Source: a virus
DNA length: 64,000 nucleotides
Reading direction: 5' to 3' (one strand)
IMG/VR virus record: IMGVR_UViG_3300044878_000082
Coordinates: 32,001 to 96,000 of that record
A program made the translations under genes and the position numbers. The notes under the pieces are model-generated. The model did not search any database, was not told the DNA's origin, and saw only the letters and a list, made by a program, of their open reading frames with translations. Shown piece by piece: positions 1 through 8,838 of this stretch. Positions within the stretch are counted from its first letter, which is position 1. Each line of letters starts with the position of its first letter.

Positions 1-2
1 AA

Positions 3-695
3 GCCATGAACATTGACGGGGTGGGTACGTCTACTATTGATAACCTGATCGAGGCTGAGAAGATTGCATACCCTCAGGACTTGTACAAGGTCACTGTAGC
101 CGACTTCTTGGAACTGCCTGGCTATGCCGGGGCTTCGGCTCGGTATGACTACGCAGCGATTCAGGAAAGCCGTACACGGCGTCTGCACAACTTCCTGTTT
201 GCCATCGGTATCCCGGAAGTGGGTGAGGGTACGTCGAAACGGTTGGCTCGTTCATTCGAGACACTGGCTGAGATCCGTGTGGCTGACTTTGCTCGGTTCA
301 AGTCCATCAAGGACATCGGTGACGAAACGGCTGAGTCTCTGGTCTCGTGGTTCAAAGACCCGACCAACCTGAACATGCTCGATGAACTCCTGAGCTTTGT
401 AACTCTGGAGAACCCGCTGTTCGATAAGTCTGGTCAAGTCCTACTGGGGCAGAACTGGGCAATCACGGGAACCATCGGTAATCACCACCGAGATGACCTG
501 AAAGAGTTACTGTCAGGTTTGGGGGCAACTGTAGGGGACGTTAGCAAGAAGACGACCGTACTGGTGGCAGGTGAAGGGGCTGGCAGTAAGCTGGCTAAGG
601 CTGAGAAGCTGGGTATCCGGGTGATGACCCCAGTGGACTTCGATAACTTCGTGGCTGAGATCACAGCTAAAGCTGAGGATGACTCCGATGAATGA
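3..695 (+). CDS. ligA: NAD-dependent DNA ligase, C-terminal part (5' truncated by window edge)
   Basis: HhH motifs (MNIDGVG; AIGIPEVGEGTSKRLA; IKDIGDETA) followed by a BRCT domain (AITGT...VSKKTTVLVAGEGAGSKLAKAEKLGIRVM); frame open to the window edge. Confidence 0.95.
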   Translation, partial: AMNIDGVGTSTIDNLIEAEKIAYPQDLYKVTVADFLELPGYAGASARYDYAAIQESRTRRLHNFLFAIGIPEVGEGTSKRLARSFETLAEIRVADFARFKSIKDIGDETAESLVSWFKDPTNLNMLDELLSFVTLENPLFDKSGQVLLGQNWAITGTIGNHHRDDLKELLSGLGATVGDVSKKTTVLVAGEGAGSKLAKAEKLGIRVMTPVDFDNFVAEITAKAEDDSDE

Positions 696-1056
696 GAAAT
701 ACACTCCGAGCATCCACACGTTACTGACCAACCTGATGGACCATGTGGTGATTCCGCATGTCTTCAATGGTCCGGCTGTGGATCGCCCTAACTACTCGGG
801 TTCGGTTGAAGTGGAGGGTAAGTTGTACGCCCTTTACTTCCGCCGTAACAGTAACTCTGAAGTAGAGGTTAGCATCACCCGCAATGCGAACGTAGTTAAG
901 TGGACGTACCACAAAGACATGTTCACCAAGACCCTACAGGTATCCCACACTCCGTCAGCGGGTGCCTGTGGTCATGCGGCCTACTTGAATGATCCGTGGT
1001 TGTTGATGCGGATCTTCGCTACCTACGTCGACATCAGTGCACTGCGTGACTACTAA
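688..1056 (+). CDS. hypothetical protein
   Basis: ORF overlapping the ligase stop, with a GAGGA SD; no recognised motif. Confidence 0.7.
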   Translation: MNEKYTPSIHTLLTNLMDHVVIPHVFNGPAVDRPNYSGSVEVEGKLYALYFRRNSNSEVEVSITRNANVVKWTYHKDMFTKTLQVSHTPSAGACGHAAYLNDPWLLMRIFATYVDISALRDY

Positions 1057-1065
1057 GGAGTAGAT

Positions 1066-1509
1066 GTGAGAAAGGTTAAAGGTTTCTTTGGTGCTCGCCG
1101 TCGTTGGCCTGACAGTCCACGTCTGCAAAAGCTTCAAGTCACATGGGACATCGAAGCCATGTCTGGTCTCGGTAACGACAGTTTCGGCATCTACGAACAC
1201 ATCCAGAGTTTGGAGTGTGACTTGATGGTGGGGTTGTCGAAGATGACCATCCCGATGACTGAGCATATCGTTGGGAGGCTCAACGGTGGGTTCCGTGTTG
1301 GGGAGTTCTGGCACTTTGCGGTACCTAACCCTCGTCCACACATGCACCTCGCCCATCGGCTCCAGGAGATGCTCAATAATGGTTTACAGGGTAAGGTTAT
1401 GATCTGTCTAGAAGACTCATATACCCACCCTCACTACGTACCTTACCATGAATTCGATAAACTCCGCTTGGAGACACCCGATGCTGACGTATGTGCGCCA
1501 AACTGGTGA
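1066..1509 (+). CDS. hypothetical protein
   Basis: TAAGGAG SD before GTG; tight operon packing. Confidence 0.7.
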   Translation: MRKVKGFFGARRRWPDSPRLQKLQVTWDIEAMSGLGNDSFGIYEHIQSLECDLMVGLSKMTIPMTEHIVGRLNGGFRVGEFWHFAVPNPRPHMHLAHRLQEMLNNGLQGKVMICLEDSYTHPHYVPYHEFDKLRLETPDADVCAPNW

Positions 1510-1942
1510 ACCCCATGAAACTCGTGAAGCAGCTCTGGACACACTGGCTGGAGCTTTGTCAATCGAGAACATTCATTTTGGTTTTGTGGATAGTCTACAC
1601 CGTGCTGTATTGTTCGCCGACTGTGGCGATTACACTCAGGGACTATCTAAAGACCAAATGCTGGTGGATGGGGTACTGGGTAAAGGCTTTGATCGTACCG
1701 CTCCTTGTGAACGGGTTGTAATGGTTGAAGTCCAGCGTTATGCTCAGATCCAGCGTATGACTACGTTGGAGATGATGGCTGAGCGTAGTCCATGGCTGTT
1801 GTTTGGCCACGATCACCCCAGCGACACCAAGTTGTGCATCATGTACCTGACTGCCGATCACGAGATCAGCGGTCTGACCAACACCCCGGTAGACTTCGAG
1901 TTACCTCGTGTCTGTCGGGAACCGAGTAAGAAAGTAAGCTGA
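1481..1942 (+). CDS. hypothetical protein
   Basis: GGAG SD before ATG 1481; overlaps upstream ORF. Confidence 0.65.
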   Translation: MLTYVRQTGEPHETREAALDTLAGALSIENIHFGFVDSLHRAVLFADCGDYTQGLSKDQMLVDGVLGKGFDRTAPCERVVMVEVQRYAQIQRMTTLEMMAERSPWLLFGHDHPSDTKLCIMYLTADHEISGLTNTPVDFELPRVCREPSKKVS

Positions 1943-1995
1943 TACAACGGGGGTTCACTAGAGCCCCTTACCTAATCAATGTACTCTGAGAAGAG

Positions 1996-2646
1996 TTGGA
2001 GAGTTTTACCGTGGACGAGATTCAAGTAGAGATCGCAGAAGAGAAGGAAGTACTGTTTCACGATCTGGACGTACTGTTGCGTTTAGCGCTAGTGCGCAAG
2101 TTCCATGGCAAAGCTAACAAGCGTGCCGTCAAGGAAATGGTCAAAGAGCTGTGGGACCGTACCCAACCGGTCGTACAGCAAGGCGTCCTGAGAGGGATGA
2201 TGTACATGAAGACCGATGAACTGGATCGTAATCTGAACTGGTTCATCTCGGACTACCTGTATTACTCGGTACCCGCTACACAGTTGGGTGCTCAAGGTTA
2301 CGACGGTTACGCTATCCACCAGAAGGTAGTGTACCCAGTAGAGATCTGGTACGAGACTGAAGACGACTACCATTGGGCTCGTAAGAACCAGTCTGAACTC
2401 TGGACTGGGGTTTGCCGTGACCTGCTCTACGAATTCCGTGATGCTCCTCGTGCTGAGGGTGAACCACGTAAAGCCACAGCCGAAGTGTTGCTGTTCCAGA
2501 ACCGTGGCTACAACGGCTTGATCAAACACTGGGGCGTTGAGATGAACGACGATCTACCTTTCTACCTGAATGGGTTGGTGGCTGAAGATCGTAGCGCAAC
2601 CGTACATCGCATCGGTCCTAAAACACTTAAAGGGGGTCAGCAATGA
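1996..2646 (+). CDS. hypothetical protein
   Basis: 216-aa ORF coupled to DHFR by an ATGA overlap; start uncertain. Confidence 0.75.
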   Translation: MESFTVDEIQVEIAEEKEVLFHDLDVLLRLALVRKFHGKANKRAVKEMVKELWDRTQPVVQQGVLRGMMYMKTDELDRNLNWFISDYLYYSVPATQLGAQGYDGYAIHQKVVYPVEIWYETEDDYHWARKNQSELWTGVCRDLLYEFRDAPRAEGEPRKATAEVLLFQNRGYNGLIKHWGVEMNDDLPFYLNGLVAEDRSATVHRIGPKTLKGGQQ

Positions 2647-3239
2647 GTGCTGAAGTTGAAGTTGTTAAAGTTGGTCTGATTGCTGCTGTTGAAGCAAACT
2701 GGGGAATTGGGCTTAAAGGGGGAATGCCTTGGCATAACCCGCGCGAGCTGCGTCACTTCAAAACAGTAACCATGGACCGTGTGTTGATTATCGGTAGCCG
2801 CACTGCGGACAGCCTGATCAACCTCCAAGGGGATTTCGAAGGCAAGGTTTACTCGCCTGAGGAGAACATTGTTCTCAAAGGGCGTAAGATCATTGTCGTG
2901 ACCAGTAAGGAGCATGTTCGAGATTACGTCCGACTGGGATTGTATGTCGAGCGTAGTCTGGAAGAAGCCATTGCTAAAGCCAGAGAGCTTGAACCAGACG
3001 TCACCAAGTGCGTGTACATCGCCGGCGGTGGGAAGCTATATAAAGAAGCGTTGGACAAAGACCTGGTCGACAGTATGTTGATCTCGTTCATTGTCGATGG
3101 ACACTCCTGTGACACGGTGTTCCCTGAATTCGATAAGTCGAAATGGGATTGCCACTTCATGGGAGATGAAGGCACTTTTACCGTTGAACTGTATATCAAA
3201 AGGAAAGACTCAAATGAGCCTGCTCTCTACTCGTCGTGA
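2643..3239 (+). CDS. folA: dihydrofolate reductase
   Basis: LIAAVEANWGIGLKGGMPWH, ELRHFKTVT, IIGSRTADSL, LKGRKIIVVT, YIAGGGKLY and CDTVFPEFD match DHFR motifs. Confidence 0.93.
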   Translation: MSAEVEVVKVGLIAAVEANWGIGLKGGMPWHNPRELRHFKTVTMDRVLIIGSRTADSLINLQGDFEGKVYSPEENIVLKGRKIIVVTSKEHVRDYVRLGLYVERSLEEAIAKARELEPDVTKCVYIAGGGKLYKEALDKDLVDSMLISFIVDGHSCDTVFPEFDKSKWDCHFMGDEGTFTVELYIKRKDSNEPALYSS

Positions 3240-3612
3240 AGTTGCTGTCCCGGTGGGCATTGACACCGAGGCATTCAATCCTGAGAAACCCCACGTAGCC
3301 GTTAAGAAGGCTTCCGGCGGGTTCGTCTACTTCAACATCCTGTTCAAGACCCTGGGTCTGATTGACCAAATGTTCACTCCGCGTGAACTCAAAGACCGAA
3401 AGAAAGTCTCGTTGGACGTACTGAACGATCCGACCTTGGTCAAAGCCTTGCAACCTTACGGCAACCCAATGGCAATCCACAAGAAACGCGAAGGCCTGCT
3501 GGATTCCTCCAAGCCTGGCAACGTGATTCCATGGAAGCGTCTCTACCTACAAGAGTACCACATCGGTGATCAGGTGTTCTACGCACCTACCACACCGACC
3601 ACGGTGCATTAA
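3214..3612 (+). CDS. hypothetical protein
   Basis: AGGA SD before ATG 3214; ends just before a terminator. Confidence 0.7.
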   Translation: MSLLSTRREVAVPVGIDTEAFNPEKPHVAVKKASGGFVYFNILFKTLGLIDQMFTPRELKDRKKVSLDVLNDPTLVKALQPYGNPMAIHKKREGLLDSSKPGNVIPWKRLYLQEYHIGDQVFYAPTTPTTVH

Positions 3613-3621
3613 GGGGAAGGG

Positions 3622-3656
3622 AAAGAATGGGGGCTTCGGTCCCCTTCTTTTTTTTT
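3622..3656 (+). terminator. intrinsic terminator
   Basis: GGGGGC-TTCG-GTCCCC hairpin followed by a long T tract. Confidence 0.85.
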
Positions 3657-3704
3657 GGCCTACTCTATGACATTATGATCTTTTTGCTAGGGTGGGTAAA
3701 GGGA

Positions 3705-3935
3705 ATGAACTTGATTGTGATCGCGTTGATGTATGGATTGCTCCTGTACGTGGTTCTGGGAGGCTTTCTGTTGACAGTCTGTACTGACTATCCAGAGTTC
3801 CTCAAACGCTACCGCTTGGACCTCATGCAGGTCTACGGACAGAACTACCTGAAGACAGTACTAGTGCTGCTCTACTGGTACGTCATCGGGATCGCAATCT
3901 GGTGGTACTGGGTCATCAAGCACCGTTCGGAATAG
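3705..3935 (+). CDS. small membrane protein (two predicted TM helices)
   Basis: two hydrophobic stretches (LIVIALMYGLLLYVVLGGFLLTV; VLVLLYWYVIGIAIWWYWVI). Confidence 0.65.
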   Translation: MNLIVIALMYGLLLYVVLGGFLLTVCTDYPEFLKRYRLDLMQVYGQNYLKTVLVLLYWYVIGIAIWWYWVIKHRSE

Positions 3936-4016
3936 CCTGTAAACATAACTGGGAACTTCGGTTCCCTTTTATGCCGTCACGATATGAGGGATGTCCCTCT
4001 CGTAAGGAGTACCGTG

Positions 4017-4511
4017 ATGGCTGACATTGTTAGTTTCAGAAAGTTTGATGCGGAGCTGATGGTGGCCTACGACACCAAGGCCAGTAAGCTCCTAGGGAAA
4101 GACTACTGGCGCGTCCAGAAAGGCTTCCACTACTACCTCGGTGAGAAGGGGTCTAACCGTTGGGTGTTCATCCCTGCGGGTTACTTGACCGATGGTGCTT
4201 CGGTACCACAGATCTTCTGGTCGGTGATCCCACAATGGGGTGCGTACGGACAAGCCGCTGTAGTCCACGACTACCTGTGTGAATACCTGTCGATCACCGT
4301 CGACGGCAAACCACAGAGCATCACCCGCTCAGAGGCCGATGACATCCTCTTGGAGGCGATGCGTGTTCTGGAGGTACCTGAGTTCACCGCGCAGACGATC
4401 GAGGCTGCTGTGGACTTCTACCGCGTTATAACGCAAACCTCAACACCAAGCAACAAACCGTTGAAACGTCAACTCGAAGCTGAGTGGGCGAAAGGGGAAT
4501 TGACGGTTTAA
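4017..4511 (+). CDS. DUF1353-family phage protein
   Basis: IPAGYLTDGASVP...W...YGQAAVVHDYLC...RSEADDILLEAM signature; TAAGGAG SD. Confidence 0.85.
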   Translation: MADIVSFRKFDAELMVAYDTKASKLLGKDYWRVQKGFHYYLGEKGSNRWVFIPAGYLTDGASVPQIFWSVIPQWGAYGQAAVVHDYLCEYLSITVDGKPQSITRSEADDILLEAMRVLEVPEFTAQTIEAAVDFYRVITQTSTPSNKPLKRQLEAEWAKGELTV

Positions 4512-4651
4512 CCTACCTATTAGATGACGGGTTGCCAAAAGGCACATCGCCCGGTGGAGCCTCAAACATAATCTGGCCCACACCAACACTTAACACAGCA
4601 CCACATGTATCTCCACAAGTTTTTGTGTCATCACCTAAAGGAGTATCTGCG

Positions 4652-5038
4652 ATGGCTACAATTAAAGCTGCGGTGGAGTGTAGGGAAGCATTGAATTTCT
4701 TACCAGACACCAAAATCTACCTGATCACGGATGTGAAGGATAACTTGCCTCAATCGCACATTGGGTACTTTACCTATGGTACGAAAGCTGGGTTCACAAC
4801 CCAGAAGCAACGTTTCTACATGGAAGTCGGCGGGGACTCACACTCCTCGTGTCAGCATAAAGAAATTGATTTCATCGCCTCGTTCGGCGCGTACCTTGAG
4901 CGTAAGTTTAAGGAATGTGGTGTTCAAGTCTTCGAAGTTAACCTTCCTAAGTCTCACGGTTACAGTGGTAACACTTACGGGTACTTCACCACCCTGCGGC
5001 TGTTCCCACACGCTGGTATTAAAAAGCAAGCGGCATAA
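4652..5038 (+). CDS. hypothetical protein
   Basis: AAGGAG SD before ATG 4652. Confidence 0.7.
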   Translation: MATIKAAVECREALNFLPDTKIYLITDVKDNLPQSHIGYFTYGTKAGFTTQKQRFYMEVGGDSHSSCQHKEIDFIASFGAYLERKFKECGVQVFEVNLPKSHGYSGNTYGYFTTLRLFPHAGIKKQAA

Positions 5039-5096
5039 TACTGTGACTGCTCTAGTAGCCCTCCGAAGAAGGCTACTAGAGCATTAGGGCTTTTAT

Positions 5097-5630
5097 GCCC
5101 CTTGGCCACAGGAACAGCGGTTGTGGAGACATGTGTGATTATCTCATACTATCATTGTTCAGGTATGGGAGTGAATTTGCAGGCTTGGCAACAGACGACT
5201 CGAACCCGAAAAGAAATTCCTTAAGTGCTACTCTGTGAAGGTCTACGACTCTACCGACAAAGCTAAACAACTTAGGGGTTAGCTCACAACACCACTGTCG
5301 CACTAACTGAACGTTCAACGGATGACAAAACCGATACATGGTAATCGCGTTTGTTACCGATGGAACTTCTTGTGAGGGCAAAACAGAGAAACCCGATTGG
5401 GTCAGTGGATGGATTGATTGAGTGTAACACCTAGTACCATTACGAGACACCACACCAATACCCCCTTCCGTGGGTTTTGGCACGTTGGTTCTCGTGCGAC
5501 TGCTTTCCATTGGTACTTCCCTTTTAAGATTATTGTTGCTATTAAGAACGTGCATCATTGCTCGTTCATTACATCTATCAGTTCTGTAAGACTTTACTTC
5601 TGCCGGGAGTATACCGGTGGATGTAGAATT
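5097..5630 (+). ncRNA. candidate large structured non-coding RNA
   Basis: no convincing + strand ORF; many helices of 6-10 bp with G-U pairs that work on the + strand; begins at a TATG motif. Folded by eye only. Confidence 0.4.
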
Positions 5631-5640
5631 AAACATATTA

Positions 5641-5670
5641 CAGACCTATATTACCTAGTTGAATAGGATA
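5641..5670 (+). promoter_or_regulatory. phiKZ-type early promoter (TATATTAC, extended)
   Basis: TATATTAC at 5647-5654 inside CAGAnnTATATTACnnnnnTGAATAGGATA, also found at 58631-58660. Confidence 0.8.
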
Positions 5671-5704
5671 ACCTCTTCAATCCATCTACTAATGCTGGTG
5701 CATT

Positions 5705-5968
5705 ATGGCAAAGACAAAAGCAGCACAATGGGTAACTCTGACTGAGAGCGACCATCATACCACCTCGGCTTGTTCCGCTGGCTTTGGCGCACTGGTGAAG
5801 AACCAGAGCTTCGAGCAGCGTAAGATCGACGGTATGAACATCACGGTGCAGGTTAGCGAAAGTATGACCTACGTGCCGAACGTGCTGGTTGAGCAAAACA
5901 ACAACGGCTGGGTTCTGACCCCGCACTTCCCCGGTCACACCGGTACACGCAAAGCTCTAAACATCTAA
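5705..5968 (+). CDS. hypothetical early protein
   Basis: first ORF downstream of the early promoter. Confidence 0.7.
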   Translation: MAKTKAAQWVTLTESDHHTTSACSAGFGALVKNQSFEQRKIDGMNITVQVSESMTYVPNVLVEQNNNGWVLTPHFPGHTGTRKALNI

Positions 5969-5997
5969 TCACATCCCTCCTAAGTAAGGAAAAGAAA

Positions 5998-6345
5998 ATG
6001 GCACCTGTAACTACCTCCGGCTTGGCTGACTTCGTAAACCGCTGCATCACCCGTCGTCTGGAAATCAACCTGCGGCTGGAATGTCACAAAGACATCGTGG
6101 TCGAGTTCACCCGGACAGAGCTTCGTGAGAAGCACACCAAGGGCGATCGCATCAAGGACGTCTCCATCGAGCGCATGATCAAAGGTCTGCGCGCTTACGG
6201 CTACGAAGTCAAGGGCGAGCCGAACTCCGAGAACTTCCGCGTCACCTTCAACGTTGAACGTTATCTCTCCCAAGCATTCAGCTTGGAAGAGCTGAACGAC
6301 TCCTCCGACTACCTGGCAACCATCTTGGTTAAAGACGAGGAGTAA
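5998..6345 (+). CDS. hypothetical early protein
   Basis: TAAGGA SD; operon context. Confidence 0.75.
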   Translation: MAPVTTSGLADFVNRCITRRLEINLRLECHKDIVVEFTRTELREKHTKGDRIKDVSIERMIKGLRAYGYEVKGEPNSENFRVTFNVERYLSQAFSLEELNDSSDYLATILVKDEE

Positions 6346-6348
6346 GCC

Positions 6349-6660
6349 ATGGCCGATCTACCTGATGACGAACTGACACACGACGTGATGTTGGCCGAAA
6401 TCCAAAAGATGGCCAAACGCAGTGTGACCATTACGATCAACGAGCACCTCGATGAGAACCAAACCATCGAAGAGGCTGTAGACCGCATGGTGGCCTCTGG
6501 GTTGATTGATGATGACCAAGCGCCTGAGTACATCGCCTCAGGTACGATCGTTCAACTCACGGCCAATGGCGAGACCGAAGAAGAGACCATTGACATCATT
6601 GGGCCAACGCTCAACGATGCCATCGGTAATATGTACTTCTACTTGAAAGCCGAAGAGTAA
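6349..6660 (+). CDS. hypothetical acidic early protein
   Basis: GAGGAG SD; D/E-rich 103-aa protein. Confidence 0.75.
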   Translation: MADLPDDELTHDVMLAEIQKMAKRSVTITINEHLDENQTIEEAVDRMVASGLIDDDQAPEYIASGTIVQLTANGETEEETIDIIGPTLNDAIGNMYFYLKAEE

Positions 6661-6671
6661 GGGCATAAAGG

Positions 6672-6728
6672 GGAGAGAGCCGTATTGGCTCTCTCCTCAC
6701 AAGTCCGGGCGTGGACTCTTTTTTTTTT
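6672..6728 (+). terminator. tandem hairpins plus T tract between convergent genes
   Basis: GGAGAGAGCC-GTATT-GGCTCTCTCC, then AGTCC-GGGCGT-GGACT followed by a long T run. Confidence 0.8.
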
Positions 6729-6733
6729 GGCTG

Positions 6734-8278
6734 TTAAGCGGCTTCTTGGGTTTCCCACCAAACGTTTGCACTGCCACCCTCAGTTTCAGGGCGACCACCA
6801 ACCTTACGCATCGAACGGTCTGCACCGTTAATGTCGTCAGGGATGCTACCAATCTTCTCGAACTTCAGTACAGTGAACAGATCCTTCTCAGGAGTGATCG
6901 AAATCTTACGGTGCTTACCGCGCATACAAGTCAGGTAAGACTCACCTTGGAACTTCTCAATGTGAATCGAGATCTCCATGTCCACTTCTTGGTCTACGGT
7001 ACGGCACGAGTCGTAGTAGCCTTTGTTAGCAATCTCTTGCACGAAGTTTTCAATCTGCGAACGAACCAGTTCTTTAGCCTGAGTCGAAAGCTGATGCGGG
7101 GTAATGAACGTGATGCCGCGAGGAGCAGTGAAGTTACGCACACGACGGAACAAGTCACGAGTCTCGAAACCGTGTGGGCCTTGCTGACAACCACGCTTGG
7201 ACAACATGTTGAGGTAGTCGAGTACACAGAAGTGGACTTCGTAACCCTCGGATTCGTATTTCTGAACCAGGTCGAACAGGTCACGGTAGCCGAACAGGGA
7301 TGGGTCAACCCGCAACATACGGACGTGGTACCCATTCTCCATCAGACGACGCTTAACGTACGCAGAGGCCTCAGTAGTGTCCACCCCACGGATAGATACT
7401 GCTTGACCGGTTTCGTTCTCTTTAAGCGACACGTAGAGCTGCATAACGTTGTCGATCAAGTTGTTCTCGGCGGAGACGTGCAGTGCCAGAGGTTTCTTGA
7501 GCGGATCACGCAGGTACGGTTTGTTATAGATGCACATCTGTTTAAACAAGCTGAGGGTGAAGCCTGTTTTAAAGTTGTGTTGCAGTGCACCGAGCAGAAC
7601 GAACTCCCCACGACGGAAGCCACCCTGATCACCACACATTCTATTAATAGCCTGCCAGCCCGTACGAAGCACGCCATCAGCCGACAGTTCATCCTGGGCC
7701 TGTTCCATCAACGCCATGACCGCATCGTCGTCATTGATGTCTACAGAGCCTACAATGGCCGGGTTGGACTCAATGGTCTGCACCGTAGCCAAAGGTTCCA
7801 AGTCACCGATGACATCTTTAACGAAGTTCTTCCAGTCGATGGTGTGTGGATTGAACAGAGCCTTCTGAGACGCTTGCTTGAAAATCTCAGTGATCTGGTT
7901 CTGGTTCAGGTACGCTTGTAGCTCAGAACGGTACTCGAGCACCATGCGCTTGATGAGGTTGAGGTCACTGACATCCTCAGTAGCCCCTTCGAACGCTTGG
8001 TATAGACTGTCCTCGTCCGCTACGTTTACACGTATTCTTTGAAGTAGGATAGTCCTATCGTAATCCTGGTTGACCGGGTTACCAGCCATCCACATCGCTG
8101 TAGCCCGAAGACCCACCAGAGTCTCACGACCACGGTCTGTCTCCATCGAGGTTTCTGGGATACGAATACTGGCCACAATCTGACCGACCAGTTCGGCAGA
8201 GTTCGCTGTCCGGTTGTCCAGTTGACTTTCCCGATACAGGAGAGTGATCACCTGTACCAACAGTAGTTTATAATCCAT
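6734..8278 (-). CDS. dnaB: DnaB-like replicative helicase (phiKZ gp118-like)
   Basis: LRTGWQAINRMCG...GGFRRGEFVLLGALQHNFKT (Walker A variant), VLDYLNML (Walker B), ITPHQLS, RGKHR; lies next to the capsid gene as in phiKZ-like phages. Confidence 0.9.
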   Translation of the reverse strand: MDYKLLLVQVITLLYRESQLDNRTANSAELVGQIVASIRIPETSMETDRGRETLVGLRATAMWMAGNPVNQDYDRTILLQRIRVNVADEDSLYQAFEGATEDVSDLNLIKRMVLEYRSELQAYLNQNQITEIFKQASQKALFNPHTIDWKNFVKDVIGDLEPLATVQTIESNPAIVGSVDINDDDAVMALMEQAQDELSADGVLRTGWQAINRMCGDQGGFRRGEFVLLGALQHNFKTGFTLSLFKQMCIYNKPYLRDPLKKPLALHVSAENNLIDNVMQLYVSLKENETGQAVSIRGVDTTEASAYVKRRLMENGYHVRMLRVDPSLFGYRDLFDLVQKYESEGYEVHFCVLDYLNMLSKRGCQQGPHGFETRDLFRRVRNFTAPRGITFITPHQLSTQAKELVRSQIENFVQEIANKGYYDSCRTVDQEVDMEISIHIEKFQGESYLTCMRGKHRKISITPEKDLFTVLKFEKIGSIPDDINGADRSMRKVGGRPETEGGSANVWWETQEAA

Positions 8279-8307
8279 TTCTCTGATACCCAGCCCGGAG
8301 TGTTTAA

Positions 8308-8838
8308 ATGAAAGTAATCTTGGTACCCCAGTGGCTGAAGAAAGCACTGGAACACGCTAATCTGAATTTGTCAACGGTTGCGGATCTCAAAACCTTGACG
8401 ACTATACTATCGACCGAGGACGTAGCTAAATACCTACTGCTCAATGAGGACCGTGCTACTTACCTCACCAAGGGTATCGCTTCGAGCTTCGACGGTATCA
8501 GTCTGTACGGTTCTGATAGTGGCGTTGCATCAGATAAGTTAGACAAAATTGCCAATCAGTTACAGTACCTGAGAATCAAGGACAAGCCTACTTTGGAGGA
8601 GGCTTGGATCGGTCGTGATGTCGCCGAAGCGTCTGGCTACAGCCTCACAGCACAACTGGTTGGTAGCGATACGTTAATTATTACACCTATCTTAGGACAA
8701 GCTGCCGCAGACGCAAAAGCTGATGCCGCTCGGTTCATGGACCAATTGATTGGCCTGTGGATCTCAGTCTCGTCTCTAGAGCTGGTTGCTACCACTCCGA
8801 TTTTCAAAGAGTATTTGAGCCTCGTTAAGAGTGTTTAA
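8308..8838 (+). CDS. hypothetical protein (phiKZ gp119 position)
   Basis: 176-aa ORF between helicase and major capsid protein. Confidence 0.7.
   Translation: MKVILVPQWLKKALEHANLNLSTVADLKTLTTILSTEDVAKYLLLNEDRATYLTKGIASSFDGISLYGSDSGVASDKLDKIANQLQYLRIKDKPTLEEAWIGRDVAEASGYSLTAQLVGSDTLIITPILGQAAADAKADAARFMDQLIGLWISVSSLELVATTPIFKEYLSLVKSV

Noticed and set aside
5380-5402. AAACAGAGAAACCCG resembling the RNase P RNA 3' conserved region
   Set aside because: The matching 5' GAGGAAAGTCC element needed for helix P4 is absent.
5139-5636. Minus-strand ORF of 165 aa (123 aa from ATG 5510, weak AAGGGAAG SD)
   Set aside because: No recognisable motif, atypical composition, opposite orientation to all neighbours, and it overlaps dense + strand RNA helices. 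Not listed as a CDS, but not fully excluded.
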